Below are positions 38,159 through 47,698 of a stretch of 64,000 nt of DNA, one piece after another. The DNA comes from Candidatus Eiseniibacteriota bacterium (GTDB lineage: Bacteria; Eisenbacteria; RBG-16-71-46), in assembly GCA_963717935.1 (NCBI GenBank), contig CAVQXP010000004.1, positions 1,024,001 through 1,088,000 of the forward strand, in the 5' to 3' direction. The position numbers were made by a program, and so were the translations under genes. Every line of letters starts with the position of its first letter. Within the stretch, counting starts at the first letter, position 1. The notes beneath the pieces were generated by a model. The model did not search any database, had not been told where the DNA came from, and worked only from the letters and a program-made list of their open reading frames with translations.

Positions 38159-38185
38159 ACCGGGCGCCGGGCGTTCCCGCCGCGC

Positions 38186-40111
38186 CTACTTCTGCGCCAG
38201 GCCGAGCGCCATCAGGGCGCTGATGAGCACGGCCATCAGGCTCTCGCCCGCGATCAGGCCCGAGGCGACGGGCACCACGTAGTCCTCGGCCGCCCGGCGC
38301 CGGACCTTCTCGAGCACGAACGCGAGCAGCGCGCCCGCGAACATCGAGATCGAGATGAAGCCGGGCATGACGAACGCGAGGCCCAGGCCCATGGGCGAGG
38401 GGATCCAGGCCTTCGCCCGCGGGAGGGCCCGCTCGAGGAGCGGCAGCGCGAGCCCCAGCGCAGCACCGGCGAGTGCGCCCATGCGCGCGGTCGGGTGGAG
38501 CGACGCCAGGCCCTGCGAGAGCAGCTCGGCCACGCCCTTCCAGACCACCGCCATGGAGGCCGGGAAGTGTTCGCCTCCGAGCACGGACGCGTTCGGCACG
38601 AGCAGCGCCCAGGCCAGCCCCACGACCAGCGCCCCGGGGACGATGCCCGCGAGCTGCGCGAGGAACTGCTGGCGCGCGTTCGCGCCCAGCAGGTAGCCGC
38701 TCTTCAGGTCGGTCAGCAGGTCGGCCGCGCAGCCCGAGGCGTTCGCGGTGACCGAGGCGGTCATCAGGTTGGCGGTCATGTTTTGGGGCGCGAGCACGCC
38801 GTAGGTCAGCTGGGTCACCTTGCCGAGCGCGCCGGTCGGCGTGGTGTCGGTCTCGCCCGTGGCGCGGCAGGCCACCGCGCTCAGCACGAAGGTGAGCAGC
38901 ACCGCGACCACGCCGAGCGCGACCGGGATGTGCCAGATCAGGCGCTGCATCGCCACCACGCCCACCAGGCCGAACAGGAACAGGCCGAGGAACCAGGAGG
39001 TCGGCACCTCGATGGCGGCGAGCAGGTCCTGGTGTGCGGTCCGGTGGCGCGGCGCGAGCCCGGAGAACGCGCGGCCGATGGTTCGCCAGGCGAAGGCCAG
39101 CGTGACGAGGCTCGAGACCACCATGATGGGCACGCCGGTCCACAGGCTCCAGCGCGTGATGTCGCCGAAGCCGATCCCGCGCGCGGGGTCCGCGGCGGTG
39201 ATGATGCCCGTGCGCGCCATCATCGGGGCGAGTACGAGGTAGTTCGCGAGCGCGCCCAGGAGCAGGCTCCAGCCCACGCGGAAGCCGATCAGCGCGCCGG
39301 CCCCGAGCGTGATGAGCCCCATGTCCCAGCGCAGGCTGAGCCCCGCGAGCGGGATGCCGGAGACGTTCAAGTTGCCGAAGGGGAACGCGGCCGGCAGGTT
39401 CCAGGGCATGAACGCGAACGTGGCGTCGCGCAACCAGGCCACGGCCGCGCCCAGCAGGCCGGCGAGCCCCAGCGCGCGCGCCTTGAGCACCGCCGCGCCG
39501 CCGCGCGAGTGCAGGCTGCGCAGCGTCTCGGCGGCCGCCGTGCCGCTGGGGAACTTGAGCTGTTCGATGTTGATCATCTGGCGCTTCATGGGCACGGCCA
39601 TGGCGACGCCGATGACGGCCAGGAACACGTTCCAGCCGAACAGCGTCCAGAAACCCATCTGCTGGCCGGTGATCATCAGCATGGCCGCGATGGCCGAGGC
39701 CATGGTGCCGCCCACCGAGAAGCCGGCCGCGTTGGCGGTGGACTGCATGCAGTTGTTCTCGAGGATGCTGAAGTCGCTGCGCACCACGCCGGGCATCAGC
39801 ACGCGCAGGCCGCGCCAGATGGAATACGAGAGGATGCAGGCGGTGATGGCCACGCCCGAGGTCCAGCCGATCTTGAGCGCGACGTAGAGATTGGTGAGCG
39901 CCATGACGCCGCCCAGCAGCGCGCCCATCGTGACCGCGCGCACCGTGAGCTGAGGCAGCCGGTCGCCCGTGCCCCGGTAGACCGTCTCGTACCACTCGCG
40001 CTCGATCTCGTCGGCGGAGCGGGCGCTGCCGTCGGGCCGGTGAGTGGGGATCCCGGTCAACCGGCTCGGCGCCGGGGCATCCTGAGGCGCGTTCTCATCC
40101 GTCACGGCCAT
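38186..40111 (-). CDS. OPT-family oligopeptide transporter
   Basis: QLTVRA, NLYVALKIG, ENNCMQS, LKFPSGTA, DLKSGYLLG, ASGLIAGESL. Confidence 0.93.
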   Translation of the reverse strand: MAVTDENAPQDAPAPSRLTGIPTHRPDGSARSADEIEREWYETVYRGTGDRLPQLTVRAVTMGALLGGVMALTNLYVALKIGWTSGVAITACILSYSIWRGLRVLMPGVVRSDFSILENNCMQSTANAAGFSVGGTMASAIAAMLMITGQQMGFWTLFGWNVFLAVIGVAMAVPMKRQMINIEQLKFPSGTAAAETLRSLHSRGGAAVLKARALGLAGLLGAAVAWLRDATFAFMPWNLPAAFPFGNLNVSGIPLAGLSLRWDMGLITLGAGALIGFRVGWSLLLGALANYLVLAPMMARTGIITAADPARGIGFGDITRWSLWTGVPIMVVSSLVTLAFAWRTIGRAFSGLAPRHRTAHQDLLAAIEVPTSWFLGLFLFGLVGVVAMQRLIWHIPVALGVVAVLLTFVLSAVACRATGETDTTPTGALGKVTQLTYGVLAPQNMTANLMTASVTANASGCAADLLTDLKSGYLLGANARQQFLAQLAGIVPGALVVGLAWALLVPNASVLGGEHFPASMAVVWKGVAELLSQGLASLHPTARMGALAGAALGLALPLLERALPRAKAWIPSPMGLGLAFVMPGFISISMFAGALLAFVLEKVRRRAAEDYVVPVASGLIAGESLMAVLISALMALGLAQK

Positions 40112-40144
40112 GCGCTCCCTCCCTGGGCGGACCGCCCGAGACTA

Positions 40145-40237
40145 ACCCGGACGATTCGTGAACCGCCAGCCGGGAACGTGGGACGCCCATGGGCATCCCG
40201 CGTTCGCCGGCGGCGGGGGCTCATGGATCGCCCGGGT
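40145..40237. repeat. ~93-bp imperfect palindrome (long hairpin)
   Basis: Arms ACCCGGACGATTCGTGA...GAACGTGGGACGCCCAT and GGGCATCCCGCGTTC...TCATGGATCGCCCGGGT, centred on GCCCATGGGC. Confidence 0.8.
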
Positions 40238-41586
40238 CAAGGCTCCGCGCGCGGCCTCGCCAGCCAGCGCCGATTCAGAGCGCGGACCGAGGCCACGATC
40301 CCGCCCGAGCCGTAGATGATGACGAAGGAGTCCAGCGGCAGACGGAACCGCACCTTGGACAGGATGACGGCGTGCACCGCCGAATAGGTGAGGAAGAGGA
40401 GCAGGACGAGGAGCGCAACACGGCTTCTGGGCAGGGACACGAAGAGCCACACCAGGGCGAAGGGCAGGAGCAGCCCGTAGGAGAGGAGGCTGGCGAGCCT
40501 TTCGAGGCTCAGCTGCGGCCGATCCTCGGTCATCGGTCTTGGGTAGAGGGCCCAGAGGCCCAGGAACTTGTCCAGCGAGAGACGCAGGAAGCGCGGGACA
40601 TCGGCCGCGATGTACTCGAGAGCCTGGCGGGTGAACGCGGAGTCCCGCGTCGCCTCGTTGCCCGGGAGGGACCAGAAGCGCGCGGCCTCTTCCCTCATCC
40701 CCGGCACTTCCTCCATTCCCGGCACCTCGGCCCGGTTTCCCATCGAGGCCTTCACGCCCGGGTGGTTGCCGAGCCAGAGGTTGTATCCGCCATTGGTGGA
40801 GACCAGCACGGGGTGCCCGAACGCCCGCTGGTTGCGGACCGTCCAGGCGCCGAGGATGACGACGACCGGAAGCAGGCAGGCGAGCGCGAGCCGCACGCTT
40901 CGCGAACGGCTTCGACGGACCGTGCCATCCCGGTTCCAGGCCATCCACAGGGCGAACAGCAGGAACGCCGGCAGGGCGGAAGCGGCGACCAGGGTGGCCC
41001 AGGTCCCCAGGAGGCCGGCGCCGAGCGCCGCCCGCGCCGAGTTCCGCTCCACCGCCACGAGCACCAGCAGGACGCCGCCGGCGATCAGGGCGATCTGCAG
41101 CGTGACCGGCATGTCGGCGCCCGCGGAGTAGATGAACAGCGGATACAGCGCGGTCGCCAGCGCGGCCAGGCGGGCTCCGCTGCGGTCCAGCACCCGACTG
41201 GCGATGCGGTGGACCAGGGCGACCGTGCCGGCGCCGATCAGGCACTGGACCACGCGCACGGCGACGATGTCCACGCCGAAGAACCGGTAGATCGCGGCCA
41301 GGAAGAGCGGGTAGCCCGGAGGCCAGTAGGCCGTCGGATGGCCCCGATCCGTCAGGTAGGCGCCGTGCTGGACGAGCCCCGCGGCCAGGCGGGAGTAGTG
41401 CTCGCCATCGAACCAGAAGCTCCTCGGCTGCAGGGTGAGGACGTAGGCGAGGCGAATGAGGAACGCCAGCAGGCAGATCAGCGCCACGAGCACGAGCTCG
41501 CGGTCGTGGCCGGACCTGTCGCGCCCCGATGGCGGTGACGACGACCGCCGTGCGCCCTCTATCGAGATGTCGATGTCCTCTTCCAT
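40237..41586 (-). CDS. GT-C (ArnT-like) membrane glycosyltransferase
   Basis: FDGEHYSRLA, YWPPGYPLFLA, WTVRN, STNGGYNLWLGN, RFRLP. Confidence 0.85.
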   Translation of the reverse strand: MEEDIDISIEGARRSSSPPSGRDRSGHDRELVLVALICLLAFLIRLAYVLTLQPRSFWFDGEHYSRLAAGLVQHGAYLTDRGHPTAYWPPGYPLFLAAIYRFFGVDIVAVRVVQCLIGAGTVALVHRIASRVLDRSGARLAALATALYPLFIYSAGADMPVTLQIALIAGGVLLVLVAVERNSARAALGAGLLGTWATLVAASALPAFLLFALWMAWNRDGTVRRSRSRSVRLALACLLPVVVILGAWTVRNQRAFGHPVLVSTNGGYNLWLGNHPGVKASMGNRAEVPGMEEVPGMREEAARFWSLPGNEATRDSAFTRQALEYIAADVPRFLRLSLDKFLGLWALYPRPMTEDRPQLSLERLASLLSYGLLLPFALVWLFVSLPRSRVALLVLLLFLTYSAVHAVILSKVRFRLPLDSFVIIYGSGGIVASVRALNRRWLARPRAEP

Positions 41587-41702
41587 CGGACTCCATCCTG
41601 CCCCATGTGGCTTCGACGGACCGGGCACTGAGGCCGGACGCGGGCCCGGGCGACCGCGGGGCGAGCGGGTGGTCCCCCGGTGCGCGCTCCCGGACGATCA
41701 CA

Positions 41703-43268
41703 TCACGGGCGCATCCCCGCCACGGGGTCGCCGGTCTTCTTCACGAAGAGATGGACCGGCAGCTTGGTGAACCGCCACTCTCGCTCCAGGGTCATGCTGT
41801 CGCGGCAGACCCGCAAGAACCGGTCATCCCGGTCGATCCACCAACTCTGGCACTGAACGATCCAGACGCGCTGCTTGCCGCCGGTGTTCGCCCGGAGCCA
41901 GGCGCCTGCGGCCCGCTCGTCGGTGAAGGCGCTCTGGCCGGGCGCCATGAATTCCATCGAGTCCGGAACGTAGTATCTCAAGGGGTAGTCCAGGGCGTAC
42001 ACCACCACGGCGTCACCGGGGCTGGCCTCGCGCGTGAGCAGTCCTCCCGCCTCCCGGGCGTCTGGCCGCCAGTACTCGCGGTTCGTGAAGTACCGGTAAT
42101 CCGAATAGCCCGAGAAGAGCACGATGGCGGCCAGCACCAGCATCCGCGGCGTCCTCGTCTTGATCGAGCCCACCCCGATCGCGAGTAGGGTCAGGTACGG
42201 GGCGAGCGAGAGAAAGGCGTAGCGTGAGTTGGGGGCCTTCAGGTTCAGTACCGAGAGCCCCGCCATCAGGAGGATTGGCAGGGCGAGCCAGGGCAACAGC
42301 AGCGAACGGACGGGCGCCCCGGCCCTGCGGAATCCGTAAAGGGCGGTGAGCGCAAAGAGCGCCGCCGCGGGAACGAGATACCACAGGTGGGGAATCACGG
42401 CTCTGAGCCTGTGGAGCTTGAGCTCGTCGACGGAGGGCCCGAGGGTCAGTCCCAGGGAGAATTCATAGAGCGTGAACGGGATGCTGAGGACGCCCGGGGG
42501 GGACTCGCCCTTGGCTGCCGCCACGTTACTGCCGGCCTCCGGGACGCCCAGGTGGAGCGGCGCCGTCGTGGCCGCGCCCCGGATGATCCATGGCGACAGG
42601 ATGACCGCAGAGAGCAAGGCCAGGAGAAGGAACCGCCGCGCGGGATATCGCAGACGCCGGCCCACGGTCAACACGTAGATGCCGTCCAGGACGAGCAGGA
42701 AGAACCCCGAGAGATTCGCGAGGCAGGTCGCCACGAGCGTCAGGAGTGCCACGAGGAAGCTCCCGCGCGTGTGCCGTTCGATCTCGTTCAGGAACGCCGG
42801 GACGGCGAGGAGGCCCGTGACGAAGAGCAGTACGTAGTTCCTCGCTTCCTGGCTGTACCACAGGTAGAAGGGCGAACACGCCAGGATGACGAGGCCGATG
42901 ATCCCCACGGTCCGTCCGGCCAGCCGCAGCGTCATCCGGTAGAAGAGCAGGAGCCCGATCGAGCCGAGAAGCGCCGAGAGGATCCGAATCTGGGTCTCGG
43001 TGTGCCCGACGACGTGCATCCAGCCACGGAGGAGCACGAGATAGAGCGGGCCGTGTGCATTGAAGACGGCATCCGCGAGACTGGTGCCGGCTTCTCCCCG
43101 GGCGGTCGTGACGGAGTGGATCTCGTCATGCCAGAAGCTCTGTTGCCCCAGCGCGAGGAAGCGGACCGCGATGCCGACCGCGAGGATGCACAGAACGGCG
43201 AAGTCCCGGCGGCCCGGTTTCCAGGAACGCGGGGGATCGCCGTCCGGGGCGGGGGCCGCGGCATTCAC
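41703..43268 (-). CDS. GT-C (PMT_2/mannosyltransferase-like) membrane glycosyltransferase
   Basis: QSFWHDE, HGPLY, YSQEARNY, RYAF; GTG start overlapping the upstream stop (GTGA). Confidence 0.85.
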   Translation of the reverse strand: MNAAAPAPDGDPPRSWKPGRRDFAVLCILAVGIAVRFLALGQQSFWHDEIHSVTTARGEAGTSLADAVFNAHGPLYLVLLRGWMHVVGHTETQIRILSALLGSIGLLLFYRMTLRLAGRTVGIIGLVILACSPFYLWYSQEARNYVLLFVTGLLAVPAFLNEIERHTRGSFLVALLTLVATCLANLSGFFLLVLDGIYVLTVGRRLRYPARRFLLLALLSAVILSPWIIRGAATTAPLHLGVPEAGSNVAAAKGESPPGVLSIPFTLYEFSLGLTLGPSVDELKLHRLRAVIPHLWYLVPAAALFALTALYGFRRAGAPVRSLLLPWLALPILLMAGLSVLNLKAPNSRYAFLSLAPYLTLLAIGVGSIKTRTPRMLVLAAIVLFSGYSDYRYFTNREYWRPDAREAGGLLTREASPGDAVVVYALDYPLRYYVPDSMEFMAPGQSAFTDERAAGAWLRANTGGKQRVWIVQCQSWWIDRDDRFLRVCRDSMTLEREWRFTKLPVHLFVKKTGDPVAGMRP

Positions 43269-44722
43269 TTGAGAACCTCCCCCGCGAGTCGGATCAACCG
43301 GGCCACGACCCGCGGTTGATTCGCGGCGATGATGGCGAGGGAGACCGGCCCCGAGTGGCTGATCATCCCCAGAGCATACTGAGCCATGAGGAGGAGATTC
43401 CAGCCCGCAAAGGCGATCGAGACCAGCGGAGCCGCGAGCCGTCCCATCATGACCCGCGCGTGTCCCGGGGAGCCCGGGCCGCTGCGCGCGCCCCAGCGCT
43501 CGAGGACCCGACGGGCGTCGGCGAAGAACACCGCGAGCCCCAGCGCGAGGAAGGGCGTCCCGCTCACGAGCCGGCGGAGTCCGAAGGATGAGCCGCCCCA
43601 CCAGTCCTCGACGATGCTGTTCGAGACGACCAGCAGGATCAGGGCTGCGAGCGATACGCCGGCGAGCTCGCGATTCCTGCGGAGCAGGCAGAACAGCCCG
43701 GCCACCGCCGGCACGGCCACCGGCGTCCACACGAAGAGCCCGTGCCTCGCGGAGACCAGCATCTTCCACGGCGCCCCGAAATCGAGGTGCACGAGGTCCG
43801 TGGGATGCCGGACCCAGGGGCGGCCATGGAAGTACTGCCAGACCGCCAGCTGTGGGGCCGCCACCAGGAGGAATCCGGCGAGCGCGGCTCCCGTGCAGGC
43901 GAGCAGATGCCGCACGCCGGATGGACCGGGTCGGGCTCCGCGCCGCGCGAACAGCCGGACCACCTCGACGCCGAACGCCGGCGCCGCCAGCACCACATCG
44001 TTCCAGCGGACCAGGAACAGGACCCCGGCCAGCAGGCCCCAGCGGAACCATGTCCCCGGCCGGTCGGCGTGGCGGGTCCGCCACCAGTACAGGAGGAACG
44101 CCGCCGAGGTGAACATCGTGAGCGGGTGGCCATAGCTGGCGGACAGGTACAGGTAGTAGACCACCGGCGTGGCCCAGCCGATGGTCAGCACCGACCACAG
44201 GGCCTCGCGCGGCGGGGCCGCGATGGAGGCGATGCGGAACGCCAGGAGGAGTCCGGCGATCCCGAAGGCGAAGGAACTCAGGATGATCGCGAAATAGTAC
44301 AGGCCGCCATAGCCGTCCGGCCTCACGGCGAGGCCTCCGGCCGCCGCCAGGAGCGTCAGGGCGTGTACGGCCGCGTACGCCGGAGCCCAGGCGATCGCCG
44401 GGCCGATGCTGAAGTAGGACGGGACCCGCCCGGTGAGCGGGTCGGGACGGGGCGAATGCCAGACGGAGTCGATGCCGACCCGATGTGAGCTCCGCCGCAG
44501 GAACTCGCCGGGCAGCCCCGAGGCGTCGGCCTCGATGTGGCTCGACAGGTACTCGAATTCATTCGACAGTTCCAGATCCCTGTCGACCACTGCCGAGCGG
44601 AGATAGACGGCGTACCCGATGCCGTCGCCATTGACCCAGAAGGTGAGGAGGAACGGCGCGGCGGCCAGGAAACAGAGGAGAATCACCCGTTCCGGGTGTC
44701 CCAGGAACCCGCTCAACCTCAA
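43265..44722 (-). CDS. GT-C-type membrane glycosyltransferase
   Basis: GDGIGYAVYLRSAVVDRDL, LVR, HGLFVWTP, WWGGSSFGLRR; start uncertain (TTG 44722 or GTG 44788). Confidence 0.8.
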   Translation of the reverse strand: MRLSGFLGHPERVILLCFLAAAPFLLTFWVNGDGIGYAVYLRSAVVDRDLELSNEFEYLSSHIEADASGLPGEFLRRSSHRVGIDSVWHSPRPDPLTGRVPSYFSIGPAIAWAPAYAAVHALTLLAAAGGLAVRPDGYGGLYYFAIILSSFAFGIAGLLLAFRIASIAAPPREALWSVLTIGWATPVVYYLYLSASYGHPLTMFTSAAFLLYWWRTRHADRPGTWFRWGLLAGVLFLVRWNDVVLAAPAFGVEVVRLFARRGARPGPSGVRHLLACTGAALAGFLLVAAPQLAVWQYFHGRPWVRHPTDLVHLDFGAPWKMLVSARHGLFVWTPVAVPAVAGLFCLLRRNRELAGVSLAALILLVVSNSIVEDWWGGSSFGLRRLVSGTPFLALGLAVFFADARRVLERWGARSGPGSPGHARVMMGRLAAPLVSIAFAGWNLLLMAQYALGMISHSGPVSLAIIAANQPRVVARLIRLAGEVLK

Positions 44723-44904
44723 AGGTCGAGTCCTTCCAGCGTCTTCACTCAACCCCCACGCGAGTGGTCTCCGGCCGGGACTGTCCACCGATCCAAGTCA
44801 AGGATAGGGGATTTGCCGGGGCGCGGCGAGTCCGGCGTGCTCTCGGAAGACGGGCCGGGGATCGTCTGCATGACCGCGGAGGTCAGCGGGGGCGTCATCC
44901 TGAA

Positions 44905-44935
44905 GCAGGGGGGCGCCGAACCGCGCCCCCCCTGC
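44905..44935 (-). terminator. Terminator-like hairpin after the DUF4097 gene
   Basis: GCAGGGGGGCGC-loop-GCGCCCCCCCTGC, about 20 nt past the stop; weak U-tract. Confidence 0.55.
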
Positions 44936-44952
44936 GCCCTGCGCTCGGATCC

Positions 44953-46095
44953 CTACCGCCGGTGGAGACTCACGCCGCCGGAGCCGGTATCCACCCGGAT
45001 GCGGCCCTGACCGTCGCCGATCGTGCCGCGGACGTAGCCGTGGTCCTTCCTCGCGATGGTCATGGCGTAATCGGTCTCGATGTGACCGCTGCCGGTCTCG
45101 AGCTCGACCTGGGCGCCGAGGTCGGCGGGCCCCAGGATGGTCACGCCGCCCGATCCGGTGTCGACGATCAGTGAGCGCGGCGCGCTCAGGAGCCCCACGC
45201 GGACGCCACCGCTGCCGGTGTCGATGCTGATCCTGCCGGAGCGCACGCCTTCGAGCCGCACGCTGCCCGAGCCCGTATCCACGAGCAGATCCTCGGCCTC
45301 GACGTCGCGGCCCGTGACTCCGCCCGAACCGGTGTCCACCTTCAGCCGGCTGCCGCGCAGGTCCGAGAGCTCGACGCCGCCCGAGCCCGTGTCCACGGAG
45401 ATCTCCCCCCGGTTCCCGCGCAGCACCACGCTCCCCGAACCGGTGTCCACGATGAGCGAGCCGGTCGTGCGCTCGGCCTCGACCGAGGCTGCCGCCACGT
45501 CGAGGGTCAGGTCTCCATCCACGCCCAGCGCCGAGACCTCGCCGACGCCCAGGTGCAGCGTGGTCTGGTGCCCGCGCGGCAGTCTCACCTCGAGATCGGC
45601 CCAGGCCTGGATCCCGGTCCCGGTGCCCGTGATCGTGACGCGGCGATTGCCGAGGACGAACCCGTGGCCCTGCGGGAAGCAGCCGTTCTCGGTCACCGTG
45701 ATGGTGCTGCGCCCGAAGCCGCGCAGCCGCGGATAGACCACCTGGCGGCCCGGGAAGATGACGCGCAGCCTCGACGTGCCGCCGTGCTCGTCCTGCTCGA
45801 CGCGCAGGCGGTCGGCATCGCGGCCGCCGCGGGTCACGAGGACCTCGGCGCGCGTGCCATTGCCCTGGACGATGCGCACCGCGCCCACGAGGTCGCAGAT
45901 CTCGATACGCTGGCCGGGCAGCTCGAAGCGCTCGGCGGCCGGCTGGGCGCAGGCCGTCATCGCGAGGAACGAGGCGTTGGCGAGGAGGGCGAGGAGGGCG
46001 ATCGTCAACGTGCTCGCGATGGCGAACACGAGGGTCAGGGCGCTGCGGCCTGCGTCACGCTGGCGCAGGGGCAGGGTCAAGGCGGAGGGTCTCAT
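44953..46095 (-). CDS. DUF4097 beta-strand repeat (adhesin-like) exported protein
   Basis: AAGGAG RBS, N-terminal hydrophobic segment, seven DTGSG plus one ETGSG repeats. Confidence 0.88.
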   Translation of the reverse strand: MRPSALTLPLRQRDAGRSALTLVFAIASTLTIALLALLANASFLAMTACAQPAAERFELPGQRIEICDLVGAVRIVQGNGTRAEVLVTRGGRDADRLRVEQDEHGGTSRLRVIFPGRQVVYPRLRGFGRSTITVTENGCFPQGHGFVLGNRRVTITGTGTGIQAWADLEVRLPRGHQTTLHLGVGEVSALGVDGDLTLDVAAASVEAERTTGSLIVDTGSGSVVLRGNRGEISVDTGSGGVELSDLRGSRLKVDTGSGGVTGRDVEAEDLLVDTGSGSVRLEGVRSGRISIDTGSGGVRVGLLSAPRSLIVDTGSGGVTILGPADLGAQVELETGSGHIETDYAMTIARKDHGYVRGTIGDGQGRIRVDTGSGGVSLHRR

Positions 46096-46150
46096 GGGCG
46101 GCTCCTTCTGGGTCGGGCGGGGCACGAATGTCGGCCCGGCTACTGGTGGA

Positions 46151-46176
46151 TACGCAGTGGGGGTGCGGATGGTTTC
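46151..46176 (-). promoter_or_regulatory. ECF sigma-type promoter for the divergent DUF4097 gene
   Basis: GAAAC-17 nt-CGTA on the minus strand. Confidence 0.65.
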
Positions 46177-46345
46177 GGGGCTTCCTCCGCCTCTGACACC
46201 GCCGGGGGAGGAATGGTTGGGAGCCGGGCGTTGCGGCAGCCGGGCAACCTGCGGCCAGCGGCGGCCGTAGAGTGGGGGTAGGGTGCCGGGCCGGGCCGGG
46301 CTCAGCCCTGTCCTTCGGTCTCCTTCGCTTGGCCGTCCCGCCTTC

Positions 46346-46370
46346 CAACCTTCTGCCCGACCGGGCCGTC
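46346..46370 (+). promoter_or_regulatory. ECF sigma autoregulatory promoter
   Basis: CAAC-17 nt-CGTC just upstream of the sigma gene. Confidence 0.7.
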
Positions 46371-46398
46371 GAAGAGGTTGCATGGAGCGTCGCCCCGG

Positions 46399-46959
46399 GT
46401 GACCAGTGCCAGCGGAACGCCAGAGGTGGCCCCGGTGGCCGCCGATTTCCAAGACGCCGCACTGGCCGCGGCCGGGGACACCCGTGCGTTCGAGCGGCTC
46501 TACCGCGCCCACGTGGCGCGCATCCACGGCCTCGTCCGGCGGATGCTGGGTCCGGATGAAGCGACGGAGGTCACACAGGACGTGTTCGTGAGAGCCTGGC
46601 AGAAGATCGGGAGCTTCCGGGGCGAGGCTGCCTTCGGGACCTGGCTCCATCGGGTGGCGGTGAACGTGGTCCTCACGCGCCGGGCTCAACTCGGCACGCG
46701 CCGCAGCCGCTTCATCGCCGAGGAGCAGGTACTGGAGAACCTGCCCGCCCGCCCGGGGTCGCGCGACTTCAGCCTCGATTTCGAGAGCGCCGTGGCCCGC
46801 CTGCCCGAGGGGGCGCGGCACATCTTCGTCCTGCATGACGTCGAGGGCTACCGCCACGAGGAGATCGCCGGGTTGCTCGGCGTCACCTCGGGCACGACCA
46901 AGGCCCAGCTCCACCGCGCGCGCATGCTGCTGCGCGGACACCTGGGGGCGGAGCGATGA
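46399..46959 (+). CDS. ECF RNA polymerase sigma factor
   Basis: AFERLY, TQDVFVRAW, FRGEAAFGTWLHRVAVN, HEEIAGLLG, TTKAQLHRAR; start approximate (46378-46399). Confidence 0.93.
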   Translation: MTSASGTPEVAPVAADFQDAALAAAGDTRAFERLYRAHVARIHGLVRRMLGPDEATEVTQDVFVRAWQKIGSFRGEAAFGTWLHRVAVNVVLTRRAQLGTRRSRFIAEEQVLENLPARPGSRDFSLDFESAVARLPEGARHIFVLHDVEGYRHEEIAGLLGVTSGTTKAQLHRARMLLRGHLGAER

Positions 46960-47687
46960 ACCCGAACCGGGACGCCTGGACCGACCGCCTGTCGGAGTAC
47001 GTGGACGGCGAGCTGGACCCCGCCGAGCGCGCGGCGCTCGATGTGCACCTGCAACTCTGCGAGGGGTGCGCCGGCACGGTCGAGGAGCTGCGTGCGGTCG
47101 TCCAGCGCGCGGGAGCCCTCGAGGCGAGCGCGCCCGAGACGGACCTGTGGCCCGGCATCGAGGCGCGGATCGCCGCCCCGCGGAAGGCGCGCGTGCTCGA
47201 CCTGGGGGGCTGGCGCGCGTGGGGGACGCCCCGCGTGCCGGGGCCCGGCGCGTGGCAACCGCGCCGCTGGAGCTTCACGCTCCCCCAGTTGGCCGCCGCG
47301 GCCGTGCTGCTCGTCATGCTCTCGAGCGTGACCATGTGGACCGTGCTCTCGCGCCGGCCCGCCGCCGGCCCGCCTCTGCCCGGCCCGTCGGCCGCGACTC
47401 CGGCCGCCACCATCGTCCAACCGGCGGGGTTCGAGGCCGCCCGCTATGACGCGGCCATCGCCGACCTCGAGCGCGTGCTGCGCGAGCACCGCAGCGAGCT
47501 GGACCCGGCGACGGTCCGCGTCATCGAGCAGAACCTGCTCATCATCGACCAGGCGACCGCACAGGCGCGCGAGGCCCTGGCCACCGACCCGGCGAACCCG
47601 TACCTGAACGGGCACCTCGCCGCGCAGCTCATGCGCAAGATGACCCTGCTGCGGCAGGCGACAGCCATCGCCGCCGTCCACGGCTAG
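46956..47687 (+). CDS. Zinc-binding (zf-HC2) transmembrane anti-sigma factor
   Basis: LSEYVDGEL...HLQLCEGC, one TM; ATGA-coupled to the sigma gene. Confidence 0.9.
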   Translation: MNPNRDAWTDRLSEYVDGELDPAERAALDVHLQLCEGCAGTVEELRAVVQRAGALEASAPETDLWPGIEARIAAPRKARVLDLGGWRAWGTPRVPGPGAWQPRRWSFTLPQLAAAAVLLVMLSSVTMWTVLSRRPAAGPPLPGPSAATPAATIVQPAGFEAARYDAAIADLERVLREHRSELDPATVRVIEQNLLIIDQATAQAREALATDPANPYLNGHLAAQLMRKMTLLRQATAIAAVHG

Positions 47688-47698
47688 GAGAGGAAACG

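Noticed and set aside
44970..45460. CRISPR-like periodic DNA repeats
   Set aside because: The periodicity comes from the protein's DTGSG repeats with synonymous variation. No cas genes or true arrays are present in the window.
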